Origin: Candidatus Poseidoniaceae archaeon | GTDB lineage: Archaea > Thermoplasmatota > Poseidoniia > Poseidoniales > Poseidoniaceae | NCBI GenBank assembly: GCA_964228815.1 | Contig: CAXRAL010000083.1 | Location: 5,665 to 69,664, forward strand | Direction of reading: 5' to 3' | DNA length: 64,000 nt | In this document: in pieces, positions 35,348 through 44,373 of the stretch | Position numbering within the stretch: the stretch's first letter is position 1 | Layout of the letters: the number at the start of each line of letters is the position of its first letter | Translations under genes and position numbers: made by a program | The notes under the pieces: generated by a model | Told to the model about the DNA's origin: nothing | Databases searched by the model: none | What the model saw: only the letters and a program-made list of their open reading frames with translations

Positions 35348-35424
35348 GTCGGCGCTGTGCCGCTGCCCTTGCGAGGTCAAGACGCACTTTGAATCCACCG
35401 TCAAATGGCGAAGGAATCACGACG

Positions 35425-36453
35425 ATGTGCAAGAAGGAATATGAAGCCGAAGCCCGTGAAAGAATTATGGGTGAGGCGGAGGTGCTTGTGGCTGCCAGCG
35501 CCCCCGGCAAATGCATCCTCTTTGGCGAGCACGCCGTGGTTTACGGCCAACCTGCCGTGGCGGTGGCCATTGAACAACGGCTTTCGATTTCGGCCACCAA
35601 GGCCGCTTCATGGAGCGTTGACGGGAGCGCCCTTGACCCGGATCGCCACCCACACATCACGATGCTGAGAGACCGGTGGTTGTCGGACAGCGAGCCCATG
35701 GCCCTTCACATCTCAGGCGACATCCCTCGAGCGTCGGGGTTGGGTTCCAGTGCCGCACTCAGCGCTGCCGTAGGTGCCGCCATGCACCGTTTGGCCAACC
35801 CCTCAAAGGGCATTGACCGGGACGGATTGAGCGCTGTTGCACATCGGGCTGAAGCCCATGCCCAACAGGGCCGCGCTTCGCCCATGGACGCCTCGACCAG
35901 TGTGGAAGGCGGCGTGGTCGTGCTGTCCGACCGTGTTGAAGGGGCTGCAAAGCACCTGTACACTCGACAATTGACCACGCCCGAAGGGAAGCGTTCGTGG
36001 GAGGTTCACCACCTCGCACCACCCGAAAGCGAGGTCTTTCTCGTGCTTGGCAACACCGGCGTCTTCGCTCCCACCTCAAAACAAGTGGCCATGGTCGCCG
36101 ACGCCCTGGCTGCAGAACCGACGAGAATGCGAGAAATCGAGGCCATCGGGACCGTTGCTCGCCGGGGACTTGCAGCGTTGATCGACGGCGACTATGAAGC
36201 GGTGGGCCATGCCATGAGCGAAAACCATCTGTTGTTGCGAAACCTTGGCGTTTCTTCACCTGAGCTCGAGGCACTCATCCAAGCCGCCATGCCCTCGTCA
36301 CTGGGTGCAAAGTTAACCGGTGCAGGCGGAGGAGGATGCATGGTGGCGCTGACACGGGATCCAAAACAAACCAGCGAAGCCATCGAGCTGGCCGGTGGCC
36401 GCACCCTCATTTCTCGCATTGGCAACGAAGGCGTACGCATCGAGCGCAGCTAG
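35425..36453 (+). CDS. mvk: mevalonate kinase (GHMP kinase)
   Basis: The ORF is 35173-36453 and its first 84 codons are junk. ATG 35425 or 35467 are the likely starts. Motifs: APGKCILFGEHAVVYGQPAVA, GHMP motif PRASGLGSSAALSAAV, KLTGAGGGGCMVAL. Confidence 0.85.
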   Translation: MCKKEYEAEARERIMGEAEVLVAASAPGKCILFGEHAVVYGQPAVAVAIEQRLSISATKAASWSVDGSALDPDRHPHITMLRDRWLSDSEPMALHISGDIPRASGLGSSAALSAAVGAAMHRLANPSKGIDRDGLSAVAHRAEAHAQQGRASPMDASTSVEGGVVVLSDRVEGAAKHLYTRQLTTPEGKRSWEVHHLAPPESEVFLVLGNTGVFAPTSKQVAMVADALAAEPTRMREIEAIGTVARRGLAALIDGDYEAVGHAMSENHLLLRNLGVSSPELEALIQAAMPSSLGAKLTGAGGGGCMVALTRDPKQTSEAIELAGGRTLISRIGNEGVRIERS

Positions 36454-36507
36454 AACTCGAGAACATTGAGTTTCAGGGCCGTGACCGACGTTGGGTGCCG
36501 AAATTCC

Positions 36508-36516
36508 TTTTATATA
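36508..36516 (+). promoter_or_regulatory. TATA box TTTTATATA (with upstream CGAAA BRE-like purine-rich element) of tbp; leaderless geometry
   Basis: gccgAAATTCCTTTTATATACTAA. The box centre is about 27 nt upstream of the ATG at 36539, which is the canonical archaeal TATA-to-TSS distance. It is one of very few AT-rich strings in the window. Confidence 0.6.
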
Positions 36517-36538
36517 CTAAAGGGCATTCGGCCTTTAT

Positions 36539-37153
36539 ATGACCACCGATGAAGAACGCCTTACCGTTGTGAACGTAGTTGCCAGCACCCGTGTTGCAGA
36601 AGAACTCGACCTCCCTGACATCGCCATCCAACTCAACTGTGAGTACGAGCCAGAGCAGTTCCCAGGTGTGGTCTACCGTGTCACCGAGCCCAAACTTGCG
36701 ATCCTCATGTTCCGCTCCGGCCGTGCTGTCTGCACCGGCGGAAAAGACGAGGACAACATCCACACCGGTATTGACCGCATGATCAAGGATTTGCGAGCTG
36801 CTGGAATTGAAACTTGGGACCTCAAGGACGTCACCATTGAGGTCCAAAACATGGTCGCCACCTATGCTCTTCACTACCCTGAAGACTACGACGGCGTGGA
36901 CAAATTCACCGGCGAGCCACAAGCAGGCGTGCCCCGCAAACTCAACCTCAACCACTTGACCTTCCACCTGCCCTTTGACAAGGTGGAATACGAGCCTGAG
37001 CAGTTCCCCGGCCTCATCTACCGACTTGACGACCCGAAGGTGGTCTGTCTCATCTTCGGCTCCGGAAAGATGGTCATCACCGGTGCCCGCCACAAGGACG
37101 AGATTCTCGAGGCCGTTGAGATCATCAAGGACGAACTGGCTGACTTGCTCTGA
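36539..37153 (+). CDS. tbp: TATA-box binding protein (two TBP repeats; ~20-aa insertion in repeat 2)
   Basis: Repeat 1 is VVNVVAS...EYEPEQFPGVVYRV...LMFRSGRAVCTGG. Repeat 2 is VQNMVAT...EYEPEQFPGLIYRL...LIFGSGKMVITGA. Confidence 0.95.
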   Translation: MTTDEERLTVVNVVASTRVAEELDLPDIAIQLNCEYEPEQFPGVVYRVTEPKLAILMFRSGRAVCTGGKDEDNIHTGIDRMIKDLRAAGIETWDLKDVTIEVQNMVATYALHYPEDYDGVDKFTGEPQAGVPRKLNLNHLTFHLPFDKVEYEPEQFPGLIYRLDDPKVVCLIFGSGKMVITGARHKDEILEAVEIIKDELADLL

Positions 37154-37188
37154 GGCTTACAGCCCGTAGGGCTGGGAGAGAAGGCTTG

Positions 37189-40100
37189 ATGGCCTCGGTC
37201 CTCCGTCCCATCACCATGGGAGAGGGACGCTGGCACCGTACGCTCCCCGTGGCCTTGGTCCTGTTGTTGCTGGCCAGCCTTCTTCCGATTCAACATCAGG
37301 TCTTGCCTGAGCCATCCGTAAACCACACCGTCGCAGGCGACCCGGGCGTCTCCGATGTGCCAACGTGGCGCATTGGCGACCGTTGGATCTACTCCGGAAC
37401 TTTCGACCCGACCATTTTGGTCACGGACACCGGTGTTGACGCCACCGTCGGAGAAATCCAAGGCGACACCACCTCAGAAGTGACCGGCATCACGACGCAG
37501 AACGTGGACAACATGTCCGTCGTGGCCTACACTCTGCGAACATCGGCCAACTTTGACAAATCCGGCGTCTCGCTGGAGGGCTACACCGGCAACGTCTACA
37601 TCCAGTTCACCCAAACAGAATACCTACGCGTCAGCGATCTTGCCCCCATCCGAAGCGACCTTGACCTGTACATTCGCTTTGTTCCCAGCGGGATCTCCTT
37701 CCTCGAACAAATTCTCGGCGACATCACCATCACGACCACCTATTCGCCTGTGAACGAGAACTACGATTTCCCGCTCCGCATGGACGAACGTTGGACCACC
37801 ACCACCACGTCCTCTTCGCAATGGTCGGGCCAAAGCGACTACATCACCCCCTTCCCACCCCCTGAGACCGACACCAACACCACCACCTGGGTGGTGTCTG
37901 ATGTTGGAAAGCCACAGAACATGATCGGCCAAAGCATTGACTACGGCGGGTGTAACGAATCGTATGAGATGACCTCGTTCAACAGCGAGGGTATCTCGGA
38001 GGGTTTCCGCTGGTACTGCCCCGAAGTCCGCAATTATGCTTGGCTTCACACCAACGACGACATCGGACTCACCATTGATTTCAAGCTGAAGCGATACGAT
38101 CCCGTCGGCGCCACGGGCGTTGAACCCTACACCAATCCAGGCAGCCGAGCAGACTGCCTCGAGGTCGTTCCCGAGCGAAGCATCACCGCCCTCAATTCCC
38201 CCATGCAGGTTTGGGTGAACGCCTCCTCATCCTGCTTCTCCAACGTGGCCGGATTGCAACTTGACCTCCACCACGAAGCGGAGGGTTTCCTCACCACCCT
38301 CACCACGGCAGCCAACGGCAGTGCATGGACCGAGTTGAACGTGGGTGATGCCGTTGATTCCTCGGCCACGGTGCTCGATTATGCCAGCCACGGACTCGTG
38401 GCCAAAGCGGGAAACCGCGTCGGTGCTGCCACGGTGACCCTCGATGAGTACCTCGTCGGGTTGGATGTTTTTGCCGAGGTTGATGCTGTGAACATGCTCA
38501 GAACACGGTGCATTGGCGATGTCTGCACGACCACCCCACTCAACGCCATTTCAGGCTTCAACGTCCTGCCCGGCGATTACATGGACATTGAAGTCTCCAT
38601 CAAAAATCGGGGCATCACCACCTCCGTGGCCACCGATGCACAACTGACACTTCCCGACGGGACTGTTACCACCGACCAACTCCCTGCCCTTGCCACTTAC
38701 CAGGCGCACAAGATGTTCGGATTCTGGGAGGTGCCAGCAAACACCTCCATCGGCACGGTTGAACTGCTGTGGGAAGCCGATGTGAGTCGCCTCAACACGG
38801 CGGATGCGGACGTGCAGAACAACCTCGGACGAATTGAACTGTTCGTCGGTCGGCTGCCAACGCCGGTGGCATCAGAGCCGACCGGCCTGACCGACGACAC
38901 CATCCACATCAACGCCAGTGGGAGTTTCGATGAGGACGGCGGCGACGTGTCCTGTGAGTTTTGGGTTCCCTTTGACGACGGCACACGCACGTGGGACTAC
39001 GAGCGCATCGCTTCTCCATCGTGCATGCTCAACTACACGTGGATTGACGATGGCGTCTACCCCGTTGAAATCACGGTCGAAGACGAGGAACGAGATGAAG
39101 CCGTGATGATCCTCAACGTGACCGTCGAAAACCGAGCACCAAAGATCGAGGTTCGAAGCCAGCGAACCGAAGCGAAGGTGGAATACCCGATTACGCTCTA
39201 TGCCTACGCCAACGATTCCGATTCCGAAAAGGTGTGGCCCGGCGTGGTGGACATCTATTGGCCGGGTGCCAACTGCAAGGAAGGGTACTACACCCGAGTG
39301 TGCACCACGACCTCTACCACGGAGGGATGGAAAACCTTCACCGCCGTGGGAACCGACGACGACCGGGCGACCGCCACCGCCACCTTTGATGTCAAATTCA
39401 CGAACATCCGACCCCACAGCATCAACGTCCAGATGGTGGACGACGATGGGCCGGTGGTGATGGACGCTCAAGACACCTGGCACGTGAGCGAAGACCAAAC
39501 GGTGACGATCAAAGGGCAAGCCCAAGACTCGGTCGACGACATCGAAGACCTCACGCACACCTGGTGGCCCGATGACGCCCAACCCTCGTTGATCCGAGTG
39601 TTTGACGGGCGAACGTCCGAATTTGAGATGGTCTGGTTGGAAGCTGGCCTTCACAAAATGCGCCTCGAAGTGACCGACTCGGAAGGCGCATCAAGCGGTA
39701 TTGAAGAGCGGTGGGTGAGTGTACAAAACGTCCCCCCGACCATCGAGCCCATCGCTTCGGTCTTGCCCGTGGCGGAAGGGCAAACCATCAGCGTCTCAGG
39801 TTCGTCATCCGATACGCCTTCGGACATCGACACCTTGGTCCGGTGTTGGGACATTGACCCCAGCATGGATTCTGACGACATTGGCAGTGCCGATGACGAC
39901 TGCGATGTTATTGGCGACGACCTCACCATCGCTTGGAACCGGAGCGGCACCCACAAACTTGTCTACCATGTCACCGACGACGACGGTGCGACGACCAGCG
40001 AAGTGCTGGAAGTGCTCGTGCTGAACACGCCACCCATCGTCCGAACCGGTGCGATTTCATGCGTGGCCTACGAAGCATGCGTCCTCGATGCCAGCAGCAC

Positions 40101-40710
40101 GCTCGATGCCCTGACCGATATCAATGACCTGACCGTGGCTTGGGACATCGATGTCACGGTGGACAGCAACGAAGACGGGATTCCAGACAACGACGCCGAC
40201 CTCCTCGGAAAGACGGTCTCGTACATCTTCAAGCAGGACGGCGTGCAATCGGTCAAGGTGATCGCTTGGGACGAGGATCCTGAGCGCCCCGGAACGAAAG
40301 TGGTGACATTTGCCGTGCTTCCGGCCGACCGAACCCCGCTGGAGAACCTCGGAGCGTCCTTGATCGGGGAAGAAGCCAACCCCATCGCTCAGCTCAGTCT
40401 TTTGGTGTTGATGTTGTTGCTCGTGGGTCTGTTTTCACGGCGGCGACGGCAACCTGAGGCCACCACCGATGCATGGGATGAGGTCAACACGTCGCTGAGC
40501 GCCGACCTGTTCACCTCCCAAGAAGAGCGAATTCAACAACGACGGCCTGAAGGGCCGCCACCGGCCTATCTCTTCCAACAGGCTTTGGAGCAGGCACCGG
40601 GAACGGAAACCCATGCGGGACCACCCCTACCCGCGACCGGCCTTCCGGAAGGTTGGACTTTGGAGCAATGGGAACACTACGGCCAACAGTACCTTGATTC
40701 ACAGGGCTGA
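37189..40710 (+). CDS. giant type-I surface protein GP2 (unknown N-domain, CARDB-like, ~5 PKD-like modules, one TM, 91-aa cytoplasmic tail)
   Basis: The ORF starts at TTG 37186, with an ATG at 37189. Signal-like LPVALVLLLLASLLP. PKD-like hallmarks: INASGSFDEDGGDVSCEF, LEVTDSEGAS, YHVTDDDGATTSEVLEVLVLNTPP. CARDB-like IEVSIKNRGITTSV. TM span LSLLVLMLLLVGLF followed by SRRRRQ. Confidence 0.8.
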   Translation: MASVLRPITMGEGRWHRTLPVALVLLLLASLLPIQHQVLPEPSVNHTVAGDPGVSDVPTWRIGDRWIYSGTFDPTILVTDTGVDATVGEIQGDTTSEVTGITTQNVDNMSVVAYTLRTSANFDKSGVSLEGYTGNVYIQFTQTEYLRVSDLAPIRSDLDLYIRFVPSGISFLEQILGDITITTTYSPVNENYDFPLRMDERWTTTTTSSSQWSGQSDYITPFPPPETDTNTTTWVVSDVGKPQNMIGQSIDYGGCNESYEMTSFNSEGISEGFRWYCPEVRNYAWLHTNDDIGLTIDFKLKRYDPVGATGVEPYTNPGSRADCLEVVPERSITALNSPMQVWVNASSSCFSNVAGLQLDLHHEAEGFLTTLTTAANGSAWTELNVGDAVDSSATVLDYASHGLVAKAGNRVGAATVTLDEYLVGLDVFAEVDAVNMLRTRCIGDVCTTTPLNAISGFNVLPGDYMDIEVSIKNRGITTSVATDAQLTLPDGTVTTDQLPALATYQAHKMFGFWEVPANTSIGTVELLWEADVSRLNTADADVQNNLGRIELFVGRLPTPVASEPTGLTDDTIHINASGSFDEDGGDVSCEFWVPFDDGTRTWDYERIASPSCMLNYTWIDDGVYPVEITVEDEERDEAVMILNVTVENRAPKIEVRSQRTEAKVEYPITLYAYANDSDSEKVWPGVVDIYWPGANCKEGYYTRVCTTTSTTEGWKTFTAVGTDDDRATATATFDVKFTNIRPHSINVQMVDDDGPVVMDAQDTWHVSEDQTVTIKGQAQDSVDDIEDLTHTWWPDDAQPSLIRVFDGRTSEFEMVWLEAGLHKMRLEVTDSEGASSGIEERWVSVQNVPPTIEPIASVLPVAEGQTISVSGSSSDTPSDIDTLVRCWDIDPSMDSDDIGSADDDCDVIGDDLTIAWNRSGTHKLVYHVTDDDGATTSEVLEVLVLNTPPIVRTGAISCVAYEACVLDASSTLDALTDINDLTVAWDIDVTVDSNEDGIPDNDADLLGKTVSYIFKQDGVQSVKVIAWDEDPERPGTKVVTFAVLPADRTPLENLGASLIGEEANPIAQLSLLVLMLLLVGLFSRRRRQPEATTDAWDEVNTSLSADLFTSQEERIQQRRPEGPPPAYLFQQALEQAPGTETHAGPPLPATGLPEGWTLEQWEHYGQQYLDSQG

Positions 40711-40733
40711 GCCATCGCAAAAAGGACATCCTC

Positions 40734-40741
40734 TTTTGTAT
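40734..40741 (+). promoter_or_regulatory. TATA-like box TTTTGTAT upstream of GP3; leaderless geometry
   Basis: CCTCTTTTGTATCA (40730-40743) nearly duplicates the bcp upstream box. The box centre is about 25 nt before the ATG at 40762. The T-run could also serve as a weak terminator for GP2. Confidence 0.4.
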
Positions 40742-40761
40742 CAGGAGGCACACCTCCGTTC

Positions 40762-43700
40762 ATGTTCGGCCGAGCCTGTCAGGCGGCGTTTCTCGTCGCC
40801 CTTTTCCTCACTTCCATGGGACTGGGCGTGGTTGAATCGTCCATCCACTTTGAACAGACCGTCGAGGAGCGACGCTCTCAAGGTGTATCGGGTGCGGTTG
40901 ATGTTCCCAATTACCGTATCGGGGACGAATGGGTGTATGAAACCAAATTCGACGTCTCTCAACTCCTTGCCCAGGCCAACGTTTCCGCCTCACTCAACGC
41001 GCTGACCGGAGACACCGTCAACGAGGTCACGGACATCTTCTACGCCACCGACAACAACGGCGACACGGTGCTGGCCTACGAAGTGGAGATCAGCGGGAGT
41101 TTCACCTCGGGAAACAGCGGCGCTACCCTTGAAGGCGTCACCGGCCGACTCAACATTGACTACGACGGGATTGATATCCTGCGAGCGAGGGATTTAGCCA
41201 CCATCACCAGCGATTTCACCCTCGACGTGCGGTTTCGCCCGTTCAACCTCGGCTTCCTCGAACAAACCCTCGGCATCGTGACCTTCGACAACACCTACAC
41301 CCCGGCGAAGGAACGTTACGACTTCCCCCTGCGAAACGGCGACCAGTGGTGGATGGAATTTGAAGCCAAGACCGAGGTCAGCGGCACCTCCGACTATTTT
41401 GATCCCACCGAATTTGATTCACAAGAAGACGAGAACAACTCCTGGCAGGTCATCAAAAACGAGGACCCTGTCGAGGACGGCGCCTCACCCTCCTACACCG
41501 GATGTGATGATTCGTACAAGATCGCTGAATGGAACGCTACCGGCGTGAACCTCGGATTCAATTGGTACTGTCCTGCAGTTCGCGGAAGCGTTTGGAACCG
41601 TATTGTCAATCCCGCTGGCTTCACCATTGATTGGATTTTGAAGACCTACAGTCCGGCCGATTCCAACAGCGTGGTTCCCGCCTCGTCTCCCGGTGGCCGC
41701 AACACGCAAATCACGGTCAGCACAGCCACCACCGCCACCCTCCCAGACGCCATTGAACAGGTGTCCATCGGCTACAGCGTCGCAGGTTCCCCGAGCATCC
41801 CCATCAAGAACACCAACCTGCAACTTCGCTACGAGATTGCAGGCACCATCCTCAACCCGACAACGGACAACAACGGGCAAGCACAGGTTTCCCTCAACGT
41901 GTCCGATGAAGTCGACGATACGCCGGCGAGCGACGACCACACCAGCAACGGCGTGGTGGTCTACGACCCCGCTGCCCGTGTGGTCGGCGCCACCACCATC
42001 GTTCAAGATCTGAGCGTCGTGGGCGTGGACCTCATCGCTCAAGCCGGTTCGGTCATCGTTGAGCGAACACGAAACGGCGACACCACCACGCTGAGCGCCT
42101 CCATCGGCTACAATGCTCTCCCGGGCGACGTGCTGAGTTTCTCCCTCCCCGCCCAAAACCGTGGGGTGCTGACCGCTCCTGCCACCGTCATGGAAATAGA
42201 AACACCCGACAACACTGTTCTTCGAGAAGCCGTTCCGGCCGTTGCCCCGTACGCTGAAGAACGGGTCCTTGTCAACTGGTCCGTTCCCTCAAACATGATG
42301 GTCGGCACGGCCGCCATGACGTTCACCGTCGACCCCGACCAGAACGTGACGGCGGATGCCAACCGGAGCAACAACGACGCCTCCATTTCCATCTTTATTG
42401 GACGCGCACCCACAGCAGCCATGACCGTTGACGAAGGGAAGTACACGTTCGAAAACGTCACGCTGAACGCCACGGGAAGTTTTGACATTGACGGCGGCGA
42501 TGTGGACTGTGAATTCCAGATTCAAGACCGTCCCGGCGAAGCCTACGAACGCATCGAAGCACCCGGTTGTTGGACGCAATGGAACTGGTCAAACAGCGGA
42601 ACATGGAGCGTGAAGGTCTTGGTCGTTGACGAAGAACTGGACACGGACGAGCTGGTCGTTGACGTCGTGGTGCTTAATCGCGCCCCAGCGTTCAACCTAA
42701 CCCATCCTGAAGCGGTGGAGGTGGAAACACCGATCACCATCGAAGCCGTTGACATCGAGGACATCGACACCTCATCCCCCTCTGGACAACAGGTAACCAT
42801 CACGTGGCCCGGTCTCGAATGCAACGAAGGTGTCACGCAACCCACCTGCACCTTCACGCCCATGTTTGAGGGACCCATCAACATCACCGCTGTGGCCACC
42901 GACGACGATGGCGACACCACCACCATCTTCAGCGAATTGATGGTCCTCAACATCCCGCCGACCATCTCAGCACCGACCTTGACCAAGGGAGGACAAGAGG
43001 TGCAACCCGACGAAAACGGCACCTGGCACATCAACGAAGACGAGGTTGGTGTTCTGAAGGCCACGGCCAGTGATTCAGAAAACGACGAAGGCACCGTCAT
43101 CGTGCAGTGGTACCCCTCCCTCGCCGATGAAAACTGGACCATCACCAGCATCGGTGTTTCCTCGCAAGAACTGGTGGCTTGGAACACATCGGGTGAACAC
43201 ATCGTTCAAGTCCGTGCCATCGACGCCGACGGCGCGGCTTCCGAAGTCCTGCAGGCCACCGTGATGGTTCACAACGTTCCACCCAGCGTTGAAGGCTTGC
43301 CCGGCAACACGCCGGTCTTCGAAGACGATGCCCTCAACCTGAGCGTGACCGCATCGGATACGACATCCGACCTCGAGACCCTTACCATCTGCTGGGACCT
43401 TGACGCCAAGGTGGACAGCGATAACGACGGCATCATTGACAACGACTGCGAGTTGACCGGCCCCTCCGTTGCCCCCTCGTGGTCGACCAAGGGCGTTCGA
43501 ATGATTACGGTGACCGTCACCGACGACGACGGTGCAACCGCTCAGCAGAGCATGAACGTCAGTGTCCTGAACCTGCCACCACGGGAGTACCTCAACGCCC
43601 AAGTGGCCTTCACCAACCTCACGGAGGGTGAAAACTTGACCTTGAACGGAGCGGATTTCATCTTTGATTCTGCCACCGACTCGGAAAGCCTTGGTTTCCA

Positions 43701-44364
43701 ATGGGACAGTTCTCACCTTGACGCCGACCTCGATGGTAGTAAGACCGGTGATGTTGACTTCACCGGCGGCACCTGGACCATCACCGACCTCCCTGCGGGG
43801 AGTTGGACGGTCGTGCTGACGGCGACCGATGACGACGGCGAACAAGTGCAAAAAGAACTGACCATCGTGGTCGCTGAACTTCCTGCCGACGGGCTCATCG
43901 AAAGCATCACCAGCGCCGTGGGCACCACCACGGCGGCCATCATCGGTGTGCTCGGCATCATCATCGTCGGTTTGGTGGTCTTCCTGTTGTTTACTCGGCA
44001 GCGTCCGCCTGCCGATGATTTCAGCATGTTCGAACAAAGCCAGTTTGCCGCTGCGCCCAAGGACGTTGCCACGCTCCCTGCACAGCCTGCTGCCGCCGCT
44101 CCAACACAGGCTGTAACTGCCCCGATGGAACCGCAACCCGCCGCCACTGCCCCCGTTGAGCCGACGCTGGTGAACGCCGGCCCACCGCTTCCTGTCGCAG
44201 GATTACCGCAAGGTTGGACCATGGAACAATGGAACTACTACGGCGAACAGTGGCTCGCAGCGAATCAACCCGCTCCTGCCCCCGTTCAACCCATAGTTTC
44301 ACAAACTCCACCAACCCCTGCATCGGCTGAGTTGCAATCGTTGCTTGACGATTTGGACTTTTGA
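40762..44364 (+). CDS. giant type-I surface protein GP3, paralogue of GP2 (same N-domain, CARDB-like, PKD-like modules, one TM, 123-aa cytoplasmic tail)
   Basis: Signal MFGRACQAAFLVALFLTSMGLGVV. It is collinear with GP2 (VPNYRIGDEWVYETKFD vs VPTWRIGDRWIYSGTFD; FLEQTLGIVTFDNTYTPAKERYDFPLRNGDQW vs FLEQILGDITITTTYSPVNENYDFPLRMDERW; GFNWYCPAVRG vs GFRWYCPEVRN). PKD-like LNATGSFDIDGGDVDCEF and VTVTDDDGATAQQSMNVSVLNLPP. TM span AAIIGVLGIIIVGLVVFLLF followed by TRQR. Confidence 0.8.
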   Translation: MFGRACQAAFLVALFLTSMGLGVVESSIHFEQTVEERRSQGVSGAVDVPNYRIGDEWVYETKFDVSQLLAQANVSASLNALTGDTVNEVTDIFYATDNNGDTVLAYEVEISGSFTSGNSGATLEGVTGRLNIDYDGIDILRARDLATITSDFTLDVRFRPFNLGFLEQTLGIVTFDNTYTPAKERYDFPLRNGDQWWMEFEAKTEVSGTSDYFDPTEFDSQEDENNSWQVIKNEDPVEDGASPSYTGCDDSYKIAEWNATGVNLGFNWYCPAVRGSVWNRIVNPAGFTIDWILKTYSPADSNSVVPASSPGGRNTQITVSTATTATLPDAIEQVSIGYSVAGSPSIPIKNTNLQLRYEIAGTILNPTTDNNGQAQVSLNVSDEVDDTPASDDHTSNGVVVYDPAARVVGATTIVQDLSVVGVDLIAQAGSVIVERTRNGDTTTLSASIGYNALPGDVLSFSLPAQNRGVLTAPATVMEIETPDNTVLREAVPAVAPYAEERVLVNWSVPSNMMVGTAAMTFTVDPDQNVTADANRSNNDASISIFIGRAPTAAMTVDEGKYTFENVTLNATGSFDIDGGDVDCEFQIQDRPGEAYERIEAPGCWTQWNWSNSGTWSVKVLVVDEELDTDELVVDVVVLNRAPAFNLTHPEAVEVETPITIEAVDIEDIDTSSPSGQQVTITWPGLECNEGVTQPTCTFTPMFEGPINITAVATDDDGDTTTIFSELMVLNIPPTISAPTLTKGGQEVQPDENGTWHINEDEVGVLKATASDSENDEGTVIVQWYPSLADENWTITSIGVSSQELVAWNTSGEHIVQVRAIDADGAASEVLQATVMVHNVPPSVEGLPGNTPVFEDDALNLSVTASDTTSDLETLTICWDLDAKVDSDNDGIIDNDCELTGPSVAPSWSTKGVRMITVTVTDDDGATAQQSMNVSVLNLPPREYLNAQVAFTNLTEGENLTLNGADFIFDSATDSESLGFQWDSSHLDADLDGSKTGDVDFTGGTWTITDLPAGSWTVVLTATDDDGEQVQKELTIVVAELPADGLIESITSAVGTTTAAIIGVLGIIIVGLVVFLLFTRQRPPADDFSMFEQSQFAAAPKDVATLPAQPAAAAPTQAVTAPMEPQPAATAPVEPTLVNAGPPLPVAGLPQGWTMEQWNYYGEQWLAANQPAPAPVQPIVSQTPPTPASAELQSLLDDLDF

Positions 44365-44373
44365 GGCAGCACC

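Noticed and set aside
40744-40757. GGAGG-CACA-CCTCC hairpin containing an SD-like sequence upstream of GP3
   Set aside because: A 5-bp stem is expected by chance in GC-rich sequence. The GGAGG is 13 nt from the ATG, which is too far for a good SD, and the TATA-like box position suggests a leaderless transcript.
43075-44136. 353-aa minus-strand ORF (similar cases at 41485-42156 and 42543-43202)
   Set aside because: It is antisense to GP3, whose PKD/CARDB motifs and paralogy with GP2 fix the coding strand.
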